NCBI GenBank assembly: GCA_040904005.1
Contig: JBBDUH010000041.1
Span: forward strand, 1-35,343
Reading direction: 5' to 3'
Length of the DNA: 35,343 bases
From: Minisyncoccota bacterium
GTDB lineage: Bacteria > Patescibacteriota > Minisyncoccia > Phycocordibacterales > SW-6-46-9
The position numbers and the translations under genes were made by a program. Positions 22,064 to 31,512 of this stretch are shown here, piece by piece (the first letter of the stretch is position 1; the number at the start of each line of letters is the position of its first letter). The notes below the pieces were generated by a model. The model did no database searches. It worked only from the letters and a program-made list of their open reading frames with translations, and was not told the DNA's origin.

Positions 22064-25000
22064 ATGAGTGACGAAAAACGAGAGAAGTCAGAAGTGGCTA
22101 AGCGCGAGGAGGAGACTTTAGAATTCTGGCGCGAAAACAACATCTTCGAAAAGACGCTTGCCAAAGAAGCGCCACAAGGTGAGTTCGTTTTCTATGACGG
22201 CCCACCATTTGCTACCGGACTGCCGCACTATGGGCACATTCTTCCCGGTACAATCAAGGATGTCATTCCTCGTTTCAAGACTATGCAGGGCTATCACGTA
22301 GAGCGCCAGTGGGGTTGGGATACACATGGATTACCGCTAGAAAATCAGGTGGAGGAGCACCTTAAGCTGGAAACAAAAAAGGATATTTCTGAGTACGGCA
22401 TTGGTAAATTTAACAAGGTAGCGAAGGACTTCGTGCTGCAGTATGCAGAAGACTGGAAACGAATTATTCCTCGCACCGGTCGCTGGGTGGATATGGACAA
22501 CGACTACCGCACCATGGATTCCAGCTACACCGAGAGTATCTGGTGGGCCTTCAGTGAGTTAAATAAAAAGGAGCTTATTTATGAAGGCTTTAAGTCGATG
22601 CATGTTTGTCCGCGCTGTGAGACACCACTATCAAATTTTGAGGTAAATCAAGGCTACGTCGAGCAGAAGGATATCGCTGTGACCGTAAAGCTACCACTGA
22701 CTGATGAGCCGGGCACCAGTCTTTTGGTCTGGACAACTACACCATGGACACTCCCAGGAAACATGGCCGTAGCAGTGAATCCCGAATTAATATACGCAAA
22801 AGTTTCTTCTAAGGATGAGAATTTCATTGTTGCTAAGGAAATGACAGTTGATATTTTTAAGGACAATAATTTCGAAATCATTGCAGAATTTCTGGGCAAG
22901 GAACTCGTGGGTAAGGAGTATCAACCGCCATTTAGCTACTTTCAGGACAAGGATATCGAGAACAAAGAGAATGCCTGGCGGGTGTACGGGGCCGACTTCG
23001 TTACCCTCGAGGAGGGTACTGGTCTGGTCCACATTGCACCCGCCTTTGGCGCCGATGACCTCGCTTTGGCCGAAGAGCACAGTATTCCCATCGTTCATCA
23101 CGTGACCAAAGCGGGAGAATTCACCACTGACGTTAAGGACTTTGCCGGTATGAAGGTCAAGCCGCGTGATGAGGGCAATGAAGAGCATCTGACGGCCGAT
23201 ATTGAGATCCTGAAGCACTTACTTGATAAGGACCTCATGTTTGCTAAGGAAAATATCCATCACCAGTATCCACTTTGCTGGCGCTGCAATACGCCGCTTT
23301 TAAACTACGCCACCACCTCCTGGTTTGTAGAGGTCAGCTCGTTCAAGGACGATCTGGTTGCTGCTAATGATAAGATCGGCTGGGTCCCAAAGGCTATTGG
23401 CTCCAATCGATTCGGTAACTGGCTGGAAGGTGCGCGCGACTGGGCGATTTCTCGCGAGCGCTTCTGGGGTGCACCACTGCCGGTGTGGAAGTCAGAAGAT
23501 GGAGAAGAACTTGAGATAATTAGCTCGCTTGCCGATCTCAAGGAGAAAACCAAAAGCTCCAACACCTTCTTTGCAATGCGGCATGGTGGGGCCGAACATA
23601 ATAAGGCGGGTGTTATTGACAGCTCTGATCCAGAAAAGGTTGGTCTAACACCTGAAGGAGAGAAGGGAGTTAAAGAAAGTACCGGTGATTTAACCGGAGT
23701 TGATCTTATTTTTGCATCCCCATTTCGCCGCTGTCGGGAAACAGCCGCAATTATTGCTAATGAAGTTGGGTTGTCTGAGGACCAGATTATTACTGATGAC
23801 CGGATTCGTGAGTACGACTTTGGTGACTTCGAGGGCAAACCGATTGACGATTACCGCCAGTGGCGCGATGTGCAAGATGATTTTTATACAACTAAAATTC
23901 CCGGTGGTGAGAGCTTTATGGACCTAAAGCGACGCGCTGGTGAGTTTCTTTACGATATCGATGAAAAGTATCAGGATAAAAATATTCTTATCGTATCGCA
24001 CGGCTGGTTTATAGAGGTCTTGCCGGCAATTCTTGAAGGGGCTGATACTAAGAGAGCAGTTGAGCTGTATGAAAAGAGTAAGGTGGACCCGGGCCACATA
24101 GAACCTTTCTCTTTCTCTCTGTTGCCTCATAACGAAGACTTCGAGCTCGACCTTCATCGTCCGTATATTGATGAGATCACCTGGGAAACAAACGGGAAAA
24201 AGCTGCAGCGCATCGACAGTGTCTTCGACTGCTGGTTTGAGTCTGGCTCTATGCCGTACGCGTCTAAGCACTATCCGTTCGCTGATAATGATTTTTCACC
24301 AGATGAAGGCAAGGGCTACCCGGCTAACTTTATCTCCGAAGGCCTCGATCAGACACGGGGCTGGTTTTACTCATCTCTAGTGCTTGGCGTCGGGCTATTT
24401 GGTAAGTCTCCATATGAGAATGTGATTGTGAATGGATTAGTTATGGCAGAGGATGGGCAGAAGATGAGTAAATCAAAGCAAAATTACCCGCCCGTAACCG
24501 ACATTCTTGATAATCAGGGCGCTGATGCGCTACGCTTCTTTTTGGTAAATTCTCCATTAGTACGTGGAGAGAATGTCAGCCTCTCTACTGGTGATGTAGA
24601 TGAGGTGGTTAAGAAGGTAATGCATCGTCTTAGCAACACATACTCATTTATTGCGATGTACAGCACCACAGAAGAGCGTGAGGCTGCACAAAAACAAGAG
24701 ATAGAGGTAGAGAATGTTTTAGATCGCTGGATCATGGTTTGTCTTAACCAACTAATCCAGAATGTTACTGCTGGGCTAGAGAGTTATCAGATCGACAAAG
24801 CCACTAAGCCAATCGTTGATTTCATCGATGATCTCTCCACATGGTATGTCCGTCGCTCTCGTGATCGTATCCGTGGCAAAGAAGGTGCTGATCGTGATCA
24901 GGCCATTAAAATAATCTTACATGTATTGGAGCAGGTATCTAAAGTGTTAGCACCGTTTATGCCATTTCTGGCTGAGAGGTTGTATCAGGATGTAACTCTT

Positions 25001-25582
25001 AAGCAAGAAGAGGAAAGCGTCCACCTAACTGATTGGCCCTCCTTCGCTAAAGCTTCGGAGGACAAGCCGAAGGCGGATGCTTACAAGGACTCTGATACGT
25101 TGCTGGCCGATATGCGCGTGCTGCGTGAAGCTGTCTCGCATGCCCATGATCTGCGCAGTCAGGCCGGCATCAAGGTACGTCAGCCGCTAGCAAAGCTATC
25201 GCTGCGGGATGACCGTCTTAAGGGCAAGGATGAGCTGTTGGAAATCCTCGCTGACGAGGTGAATGTCAAGGAGATTGCTTTTGATACCGCGCTTGTCTCG
25301 CCGGCTGCGCTTGATACCGAGCTCACCGCTGACCTCAAAGAGAAGGGAGTGGTGCGCGAGCTTATTCGCACCGTCCAACGTCTACGCAAAGAGGCCGATC
25401 TTGACCCGACTGAGTCTATTACCCTGGCAGTTGAGACCGACCCAGCTGGTCAGAAGCTTCTGGAAGCTCACACCGACGAGATCGCCGAAACAGCCACTGT
25501 CGCCGAGCTTTCCTTTACTGATGTTACCGACGGTGCTGAAGTCACTGAGCACGATCTCTCATTTACGGTGAAAATACTATAA
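22064..25582 (+). CDS. ileS: Isoleucyl-tRNA synthetase (type 2-like) with an inserted histidine-phosphatase domain
   Basis: PHYGHILPG (HIGH), TTPWTLPGN, WAISRERFWGAPLPVW, DCWFESGSMPY and KMSKSKQN (KMSKS). 1172 aa. Inserted RHG-type domain at about aa 497-690. Confidence 0.9.
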   Translation: MSDEKREKSEVAKREEETLEFWRENNIFEKTLAKEAPQGEFVFYDGPPFATGLPHYGHILPGTIKDVIPRFKTMQGYHVERQWGWDTHGLPLENQVEEHLKLETKKDISEYGIGKFNKVAKDFVLQYAEDWKRIIPRTGRWVDMDNDYRTMDSSYTESIWWAFSELNKKELIYEGFKSMHVCPRCETPLSNFEVNQGYVEQKDIAVTVKLPLTDEPGTSLLVWTTTPWTLPGNMAVAVNPELIYAKVSSKDENFIVAKEMTVDIFKDNNFEIIAEFLGKELVGKEYQPPFSYFQDKDIENKENAWRVYGADFVTLEEGTGLVHIAPAFGADDLALAEEHSIPIVHHVTKAGEFTTDVKDFAGMKVKPRDEGNEEHLTADIEILKHLLDKDLMFAKENIHHQYPLCWRCNTPLLNYATTSWFVEVSSFKDDLVAANDKIGWVPKAIGSNRFGNWLEGARDWAISRERFWGAPLPVWKSEDGEELEIISSLADLKEKTKSSNTFFAMRHGGAEHNKAGVIDSSDPEKVGLTPEGEKGVKESTGDLTGVDLIFASPFRRCRETAAIIANEVGLSEDQIITDDRIREYDFGDFEGKPIDDYRQWRDVQDDFYTTKIPGGESFMDLKRRAGEFLYDIDEKYQDKNILIVSHGWFIEVLPAILEGADTKRAVELYEKSKVDPGHIEPFSFSLLPHNEDFELDLHRPYIDEITWETNGKKLQRIDSVFDCWFESGSMPYASKHYPFADNDFSPDEGKGYPANFISEGLDQTRGWFYSSLVLGVGLFGKSPYENVIVNGLVMAEDGQKMSKSKQNYPPVTDILDNQGADALRFFLVNSPLVRGENVSLSTGDVDEVVKKVMHRLSNTYSFIAMYSTTEEREAAQKQEIEVENVLDRWIMVCLNQLIQNVTAGLESYQIDKATKPIVDFIDDLSTWYVRRSRDRIRGKEGADRDQAIKIILHVLEQVSKVLAPFMPFLAERLYQDVTLKQEEESVHLTDWPSFAKASEDKPKADAYKDSDTLLADMRVLREAVSHAHDLRSQAGIKVRQPLAKLSLRDDRLKGKDELLEILADEVNVKEIAFDTALVSPAALDTELTADLKEKGVVRELIRTVQRLRKEADLDPTESITLAVETDPAGQKLLEAHTDEIAETATVAELSFTDVTDGAEVTEHDLSFTVKIL

Positions 25583-25590
25583 TACTTATT

Positions 25591-26181
25591 ATGTCTTACC
25601 GCGTTTACGAAACTCCGGCGCTTGTTGTCAGCCGCTGGCCGTATGGAGAGGCCAATTTTCGTCATCTTTTGTATACACGTGATCTGGGTCGAATATACGC
25701 CACCGCCCAGGCTGTGCGCAAGGTTGCCTCAAAACTTGCTCCGGCCTTACAGGTTGGGAGTCGGAGTAATGTCTCTCTTGTCTGTGGCAAGAGTGGCTGG
25801 CGCCTGGTCGGAGCAACAGCACAGCAGAACTTTCTCTTAGCAACTCCACTCGCCAAGCAGGCTGTGATTGAGCGGTTTTTACGACTACTGACTTATCTAG
25901 TTCCGGATCAACAGGTAGACCAGGAGCTATATGAAATAGTTTCCGCCGGCCTGGAGGCAGTGGCGGCAAGCCAGAGCAAGCAAGAGATTAAGGCCAGTGA
26001 GCGTCTCCTGGTACTACGTTCACTTGTTCAGCTTGGTTATGCTCCCAGTCCAGAAGCACCCGAGCTTGAGCCTTTTATTCGCGGTTTCAACTACACCGAT
26101 GAAGTAGTTACCGCCTTTATACCTTTAGCAAGCAAGGCAGTTCAGCAAATAAATGAATCACTGAAAACTATCCAGCTATAG
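25591..26181 (+). CDS. recO: DNA repair protein RecO-like (short form, no zinc finger seen)
   Basis: The N-terminal OB pattern ALVVSRWPYGEANFRHLLYTRDLGRIYATAQAVRKVASKL and a helical C-terminal half resemble RecO. 196 aa is shorter than typical. Confidence 0.5.
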   Translation: MSYRVYETPALVVSRWPYGEANFRHLLYTRDLGRIYATAQAVRKVASKLAPALQVGSRSNVSLVCGKSGWRLVGATAQQNFLLATPLAKQAVIERFLRLLTYLVPDQQVDQELYEIVSAGLEAVAASQSKQEIKASERLLVLRSLVQLGYAPSPEAPELEPFIRGFNYTDEVVTAFIPLASKAVQQINESLKTIQL

Positions 26182-26184
26182 AAC

Positions 26185-26193
26185 TGGTATAAT
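26185..26193 (+). promoter_or_regulatory. Extended -10 TGGTATAAT placed 7 nt before ATG 26201 (leaderless-type arrangement)
   Basis: Exact TGnTATAAT consensus. No SD between it and the start codon. Confidence 0.45.
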
Positions 26194-26200
26194 ACTGTTG

Positions 26201-28132
26201 ATGAGTCAGTCCTCTGAAAGCAACATAGAAAGAATGCGTCGTCGCCTCGACTCTCGTGGAGAGTCTGGTGGAGATTTTGCAGAAGGCAAGCTATCTTCTA
26301 CTGATAGATCATCAGTAGAAGATAATTGGGAGCACGACGAACCACCATACGACGACTCCCCGCCGGTTTCTGATCCTGAAGACAGCGGCGGGATGTCTTT
26401 TCTAGATAAGATGCTACTCTACTCAAGCATATTTTTCGTACTTGCTTTTGGATTTGCTATTTTTTATGTCGGCACTGGAGGTGGTGATATTTCCCCAGAC
26501 AAGGTCAGTATTACAATCTCTGGTCCAGATGCGGTAAGTGCTGGCGCTACTGTAGATTTCACTGTCAGTATTACTAATCAAAATAAAGTCTCTCTTGAGG
26601 AGGCTGAGCTAGTGATTATTTATCCAGAAGGTACGCGTAATCCCGACAATACTGGCGAGGAGCTAAGACGTTTACGTAAACCAATTGGGACAATTACTTC
26701 CGGGCGCACAACTCAGCAAACAGTCACTGCTAGTCTATTTGGTGAGCAAGGTCAGGTGAGAACTCTGGAGATACGATTGGAGTACAAGGTGGCTGAGTCC
26801 AATGCCATCTTCTCTGCAGGCAATGAATATGAGATAGAGATAACCGAAGCTCCAGTATCAATCACGGTCGATATTCCTAAGGAAATCACCCCAGGCCAGT
26901 CATTTACCACTGAAGTTAAGGTTAGCTCCAATGCATCGCAGACACTGAATGATGTTCTCCTAGAAGTTCACTATCCATTCGGCTTCTCTCCTGAGCGCGT
27001 CTCTCCTGATCCGGTGTACCGACAGTCTGTTTGGAACCTCGGCGACATCTCTCCTGGCGCTGAGCGTGTGGTCGAAATCCGAGGCTTCTTTATTGAAGGC
27101 AGCAATGCTAAAGAACAGACGTTCCGCTTTAATGTTGGCACTGCGCAGGTGGCAGACACAACCGCCATCGGCACTCTGTTTGCCGCTCAGGATGAGGTTG
27201 TCTCACTCAAAGCGCCGTTTATCGATCTTGGCCTAGACTTAAATATGAGCGAGAGAAGCGGCAGTGGAAATCTCGAGATTAATGGTCGGTTAAGCTGGCT
27301 CAGTAATCTTAACAGTCTGGTGCGCGGCGGTGAGGTGATTTTGGAGATAGCTGGCGAAAGTGTTGATTACAGCAGTGTTCGTCCTGAAGATGGGTTGTAT
27401 GATGCCGGAACAAGGTCAATAGTCTGGAGTTCACAAACTAATAGCGAGCTGACAACAATATCTCCAGGAGACAGCGGTGAGTTTAGTTTTAAGTTTTCTA
27501 CGCGAAAGACACAGCTGCTGGCGGATATTGCTGAGAACCCAATCATTGTTCTAACCCTGCGTATGCAGGCTAGTGCTCCCGACAGCAGCACGTTGCCAGA
27601 TCAGGTAACAGCCAGTCTTCAGCAGGAGATTCGTCTGCCAACAGTTCTGCGTCTAGCGGCCAGCACACTTCATGAAGACGGGCCGTTTACCAACACCGGC
27701 CCGGTCCCCCCAGAAGTGGATGAGGAGACAACCTACACGCTTCATTTGGTAGTTTCAAACACCACCAACGAGATTACCAATGCTCAGTTCTCAGCAGCTC
27801 TCCCGGCCTATGTTGAGATTAACGGATCTCCATCTCCGAGTGGTGATGTATTTTCTTATAATGAAGTTTCTGGGCGAGTACAGTGGAAGATCGGCACAAT
27901 TCCAGCCGGAGCCGGCTACAACACTAGCCCGAAAGAGTTGTTTATCCCGGTTGTTCTGCGACCAACTCAGAATCATGTCGGTAGCGAGTTGCCGCTCCTG
28001 GAGGATATTTCCGTAACTGGTATGGATACATCACGCGAAACCACGATTCAGGTAGATAATATCCCGGTACCAACCACCCAGCGCGATGATCTGCGGGCTG
28101 GCGATCAGGAAACTGGCAAGGTTCAGCCGTAA
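26201..28132 (+). CDS. Large membrane-anchored surface protein, beta-sandwich-repeat-like, unknown function
   Basis: Acidic N-terminus, one TM (LLYSSIFFVLAFGFAIFYV), then about 550 aa rich in T/S/V/E beta-strand patterns (ISGPDAVSAGATVDFTVSITNQN...). Confidence 0.6.
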   Translation: MSQSSESNIERMRRRLDSRGESGGDFAEGKLSSTDRSSVEDNWEHDEPPYDDSPPVSDPEDSGGMSFLDKMLLYSSIFFVLAFGFAIFYVGTGGGDISPDKVSITISGPDAVSAGATVDFTVSITNQNKVSLEEAELVIIYPEGTRNPDNTGEELRRLRKPIGTITSGRTTQQTVTASLFGEQGQVRTLEIRLEYKVAESNAIFSAGNEYEIEITEAPVSITVDIPKEITPGQSFTTEVKVSSNASQTLNDVLLEVHYPFGFSPERVSPDPVYRQSVWNLGDISPGAERVVEIRGFFIEGSNAKEQTFRFNVGTAQVADTTAIGTLFAAQDEVVSLKAPFIDLGLDLNMSERSGSGNLEINGRLSWLSNLNSLVRGGEVILEIAGESVDYSSVRPEDGLYDAGTRSIVWSSQTNSELTTISPGDSGEFSFKFSTRKTQLLADIAENPIIVLTLRMQASAPDSSTLPDQVTASLQQEIRLPTVLRLAASTLHEDGPFTNTGPVPPEVDEETTYTLHLVVSNTTNEITNAQFSAALPAYVEINGSPSPSGDVFSYNEVSGRVQWKIGTIPAGAGYNTSPKELFIPVVLRPTQNHVGSELPLLEDISVTGMDTSRETTIQVDNIPVPTTQRDDLRAGDQETGKVQP

Positions 28133-28156
28133 CGGTATTACTTAAAAGTTAGTTCA

Positions 28157-28165
28157 TGGTATGAT
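28157..28165 (+). promoter_or_regulatory. Extended -10 TGGTATGAT placed 6 nt before ATG 28172
   Basis: TGn plus TATGAT. No SD. Confidence 0.4.
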
Positions 28166-28171
28166 TTGTTT

Positions 28172-29212
28172 ATGGATATAACAACTATTCGCATCAACTC
28201 AGGCACCATTATCCGCGTTATTCTTTTTCTGGCACTGGCGTACTTGCTCTACGAGATTCTCGACATAATTCTCGTTGTGTTAGCGGGAGTAGTGATTGCT
28301 TCAGCTATCGAGCCAGCAATTCGCTTCTGTGGGCGTCATCATATTCCGCGTATACCCGCCGTTATTGGTATGTATGTGTTTGGTGCCTTGGCGGTGTTTG
28401 CTGGGGTGTACTTCTTTCTCCCACCAATCATTGAGGATTTAACGAACATTATTTCGCAAGCCCCGGAATACATCCGCACCCTTCAACTCGAGAGCACCTT
28501 CCTGAGTGAGTCGGGAACACTGTCTGTCTCTGAGATACTTAATAATCTCCGCGACGTGGCCTTGCAGGGAGGCGAGGATGTCATTAGTTTTGTCAGTTCC
28601 ATTTTCGGCGGGATTATTAGCTTCTTCTTGATCCTAACTCTAGCCTTTTATCTCTCTATTCGCGAAGGTGGCATTGAGCAGTTCATTCGCCTCATTTCTC
28701 CAAGTGCGCATGAAGATTATGTTTCTGATCTCTGGCACCGCTCGCAAAGAAAGATTGGTCTCTGGCTGCAGGGCCAGTTTATCGTGATGTTTCTGGTCGG
28801 ACTGCTGGTCTATATTGGGCTCACAATTATCGGCGTGCCGAACGCGCTACTCCTGGGAATCCTGGCCGGACTGTTTGAGATTATTCCGTTTGTTGGTCCA
28901 ATCCTTGCCGCCATCCCGATCGTTGGATTTGCGGCCTTGAGTGGCGGGCTATCCTTGGCCTTGATGGCGACTGGTCTCTTCATCATCGTTCAGCAGATCG
29001 AGAATAATTTCCTCAGTCCAGTGGTGGTGAATAAGGTAGTTGGCGTGCCACCGATCATCGTTATCCTAGCTGTGGTGATTGGTGGTAGCCTGGCGGGATT
29101 CCTCGGAATTCTTTTGGCGGTACCACTAGCTGCAGCTTTGATGGAGTTTGCTCATGATGTTGATAGTGTTAAGCACAACGAGCGCCAGGACAGACTGGAT
29201 GAAACAGTTTAG
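28172..29212 (+). CDS. AI-2E family transporter (PerM/UPF0118)
   Basis: 8-TM pattern with LFIIVQQIENNFLSPVVVNKVVGVPPIIVILAVVIGGSLAGFLGILLAVPLAAAL. Confidence 0.8.
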   Translation: MDITTIRINSGTIIRVILFLALAYLLYEILDIILVVLAGVVIASAIEPAIRFCGRHHIPRIPAVIGMYVFGALAVFAGVYFFLPPIIEDLTNIISQAPEYIRTLQLESTFLSESGTLSVSEILNNLRDVALQGGEDVISFVSSIFGGIISFFLILTLAFYLSIREGGIEQFIRLISPSAHEDYVSDLWHRSQRKIGLWLQGQFIVMFLVGLLVYIGLTIIGVPNALLLGILAGLFEIIPFVGPILAAIPIVGFAALSGGLSLALMATGLFIIVQQIENNFLSPVVVNKVVGVPPIIVILAVVIGGSLAGFLGILLAVPLAAALMEFAHDVDSVKHNERQDRLDETV

Positions 29213-29260
29213 TTTACTACCTAGTGTCCCAGACCCCTAGAACCCTAACCTCCTAGTCTT

Positions 29261-30748
29261 ATGACCGACGATACCGATAACAGCACTCAAGAGTATAAAT
29301 ACATCACGACGACACTGCCGTACATAAATGGCCAGCCGCATCTTGGCCACGCCTTTGAGTTTGTGCGCGCCGATGCTGTGGCACGCTTCAAACGTCTTGA
29401 GGGCTTTACGGTCTTCTTTAATACCGGTACCGATGAGCACGGGCAGAAGGTGCTAAAGCAGGCCGAGGAGGAAGGTTTGTCAGTGCAGGAATTTGCCGAC
29501 AAGTACAGTCAGAATTTCAAGGATCTTTTGGCTGATCTTAGTATCTCCAACGATGCCTTTGTTCGCACTACTGATACTGCTCACAAGCAGGCAGCACAGG
29601 CTTTTTGGCAGCGCTGTGATGATAACGGCGATATTTATAAAAAGAAGTACCGAGGCCTTTACTGTGTCGGCTGTGAGCTGTTTGTCAGTGAAAAGGATCT
29701 TAATGAGGAAGGGGAGTGTCCGGATCATCCCGGCCAGGATCCACTTGAGATTGAGGAGGAGAACTACTTTTTTCGCTTCTCCAAGTATCAGGATGAACTT
29801 CTTAAACTCTACGAAGAAAATCCAGATTTTGTCGTTCCTAATGGTCGTTTCAATGAGATCAAGCGTTTTGTTGAGGGTGGGCTAGAGGACTTCTCTATTT
29901 CACGCGTGGCCGAGAAGATGCCTCATGGTGTACCGGTGCCGGGCGATGACAGTCAGGTGATGTACGTCTGGTTTGATGCTTTAAGTAACTATATTTCCAC
30001 CCTTGGCTGGCCAGAAGACGAGGAGAACTTTACCCACTTCTGGGCTGAGGGTGCACCGCTGCAGTTCTGTGGCAAGGACAATATTCGTCAACAGGCAGCA
30101 ATGTGGCAGGCGATGCTTCTGTCTGCTGGGCTACCGCCATCAAACCAGATTGTCATTCATGGTCACATCAAGAGTGATGGACGCAAGATGAGTAAGTCGG
30201 TTGGGAATGTTATTGATCCGCAAGAGATAATCACTGAGTACGGCGCGGACGTTCTGCGCTACTATCTGTTGCGACACCTACATCCGTTTGAGGATCCAGA
30301 TATGACGCTTGAGTCAATCAAGGAAGCCTACAATGCCAATCTTGCTAACGGGCTCGGTAATCTTGTTAGTCGAGTTGTGAATATGTATGTCTCCTATGAT
30401 GTTGAGGTTGCCATCGATCACGAGGCTGATGTGGCGCTTGAGCAGAAGGATGGCGCAGCACTGGTCGAGTTCATTAACTCCTACCGCTTTGATAGAGCCT
30501 TAGACTACATCTGGGCCGAGATTGCCCACCTTGATGTCTTCATCGCCGAGAATGAGCCGTATAAGCTGATTAAGTCAGATGACCCGGCGCAGGTAGAGGA
30601 GGCCAAGCAGGCGGTGGCTTACCTGGTCCTCCGACTTTTTGATATTGCTTCCATGCTCACACCCTTCATGCCCGAGACAGCGGCGGAGATTAAGCGAGTG
30701 ATTGCGGCGAAGGAGAAGCCGGAACCCCTCTTCGAGCGGAAAGAATAA
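29261..30748 (+). CDS. metG: Methionyl-tRNA synthetase
   Basis: PYINGQPHLGHAFEFVRADAVARF (HIGH), a CxxC...CPDH knuckle, and KMSKSVGN. Confidence 0.9.
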   Translation: MTDDTDNSTQEYKYITTTLPYINGQPHLGHAFEFVRADAVARFKRLEGFTVFFNTGTDEHGQKVLKQAEEEGLSVQEFADKYSQNFKDLLADLSISNDAFVRTTDTAHKQAAQAFWQRCDDNGDIYKKKYRGLYCVGCELFVSEKDLNEEGECPDHPGQDPLEIEEENYFFRFSKYQDELLKLYEENPDFVVPNGRFNEIKRFVEGGLEDFSISRVAEKMPHGVPVPGDDSQVMYVWFDALSNYISTLGWPEDEENFTHFWAEGAPLQFCGKDNIRQQAAMWQAMLLSAGLPPSNQIVIHGHIKSDGRKMSKSVGNVIDPQEIITEYGADVLRYYLLRHLHPFEDPDMTLESIKEAYNANLANGLGNLVSRVVNMYVSYDVEVAIDHEADVALEQKDGAALVEFINSYRFDRALDYIWAEIAHLDVFIAENEPYKLIKSDDPAQVEEAKQAVAYLVLRLFDIASMLTPFMPETAAEIKRVIAAKEKPEPLFERKE

Positions 30749-30750
30749 CA

Positions 30751-30860
30751 GCCAGATTTTGCTCGCTTCTCTGTTGCTTCCTACAGTGCGCATTCACCGC
30801 ACCTGTTCGTGCGGCTCATTGTGCGCTTCAGTCGCGCCGCGAATCGACCTAAAATCTGGC
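30751..30860. repeat. 10-bp perfect inverted repeat (gccagatttt / aaaatctggc) enclosing a 90-nt GC-rich non-coding segment
   Basis: Arms at 30751-30760 and 30851-30860. The interior has ccgcac-ctgttc-gtgcgg and a repeated gtgcgcwttca. Confidence 0.6.
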
Positions 30861-30884
30861 GGTTATTATAGCGATGATTGTATA

Positions 30885-30911
30885 TAAAAAACCGACTCAG
30901 TTTTGAGCCGG
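30885..30911 (-). terminator. Rho-independent terminator of the minus-strand membrane ORF
   Basis: On the minus strand: ccggctca-aaac-tgagtcgg followed by tttttta. Confidence 0.6.
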
Positions 30912-30941
30912 CTCTTGGGTTGTTATTCTATTCCAGAGTTT

Positions 30942-31325
30942 TTAAGAAATTGTTGTAATAAAACCTTTCTTTTTCTCTACTTTGTCTACTCTGACGGTAT
31001 AGTGGTATCCAAGAAAGCAGAGAATAAAGTAAGGAATTACCAAAATGGGGAGATAGAGTAATGTGTTCTCTATGTATCCAGTAATTAACACTGGGATAAT
31101 TACTGTTACAACACCTAAAAATCCGGCAAGATTTAAATTTGTCTTGATTTTTTCTACTCCTAATAATAACCCGCTTGATACAAGGGCTATTCCGATTGCG
31201 ATCATTGCATCAGAGAATGATTTTAGTTGTGGTCCGTTTATCACTAGAAGTGCAAAACAGTTTAAAGTTATTGCCGTTAAGGTAAAAAGCATAACTATGA
31301 ACGAGTTTCTCTTTGGTTTTTTCAT
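30942..31325 (-). CDS. Hypothetical integral membrane protein (about 4 TM)
   Basis: 127-aa hydrophobic ORF, AT-rich, with its own terminator. Confidence 0.55.
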   Translation of the reverse strand: MKKPKRNSFIVMLFTLTAITLNCFALLVINGPQLKSFSDAMIAIGIALVSSGLLLGVEKIKTNLNLAGFLGVVTVIIPVLITGYIENTLLYLPILVIPYFILCFLGYHYTVRVDKVEKKKGFITTIS

Positions 31326-31512
31326 TGTCGTAGGATTTCGTTGCGATTGTTGTTGTGAAAGAAATGATTTATCTACACAGTACTGATTTGAGCTTAAAAG
31401 TCAACCTATTTTCTTGCCTTGCCCTCCCGTAGCCTTGTGCGAAGGAGGGATTCTTAAATCTTATCTCTTATCTCTTTCCTCATTACGTTACATACTATAT
31501 GCTACACGTTAC

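Noticed and set aside
23555-24135. The IleRS insert as an intein
   Set aside because: It has no N-terminal Cys/Ser/Thr splice residue context, no block B TxxH, and no C-terminal HN plus Cys/Ser/Thr. Its motifs are those of a histidine phosphatase instead.
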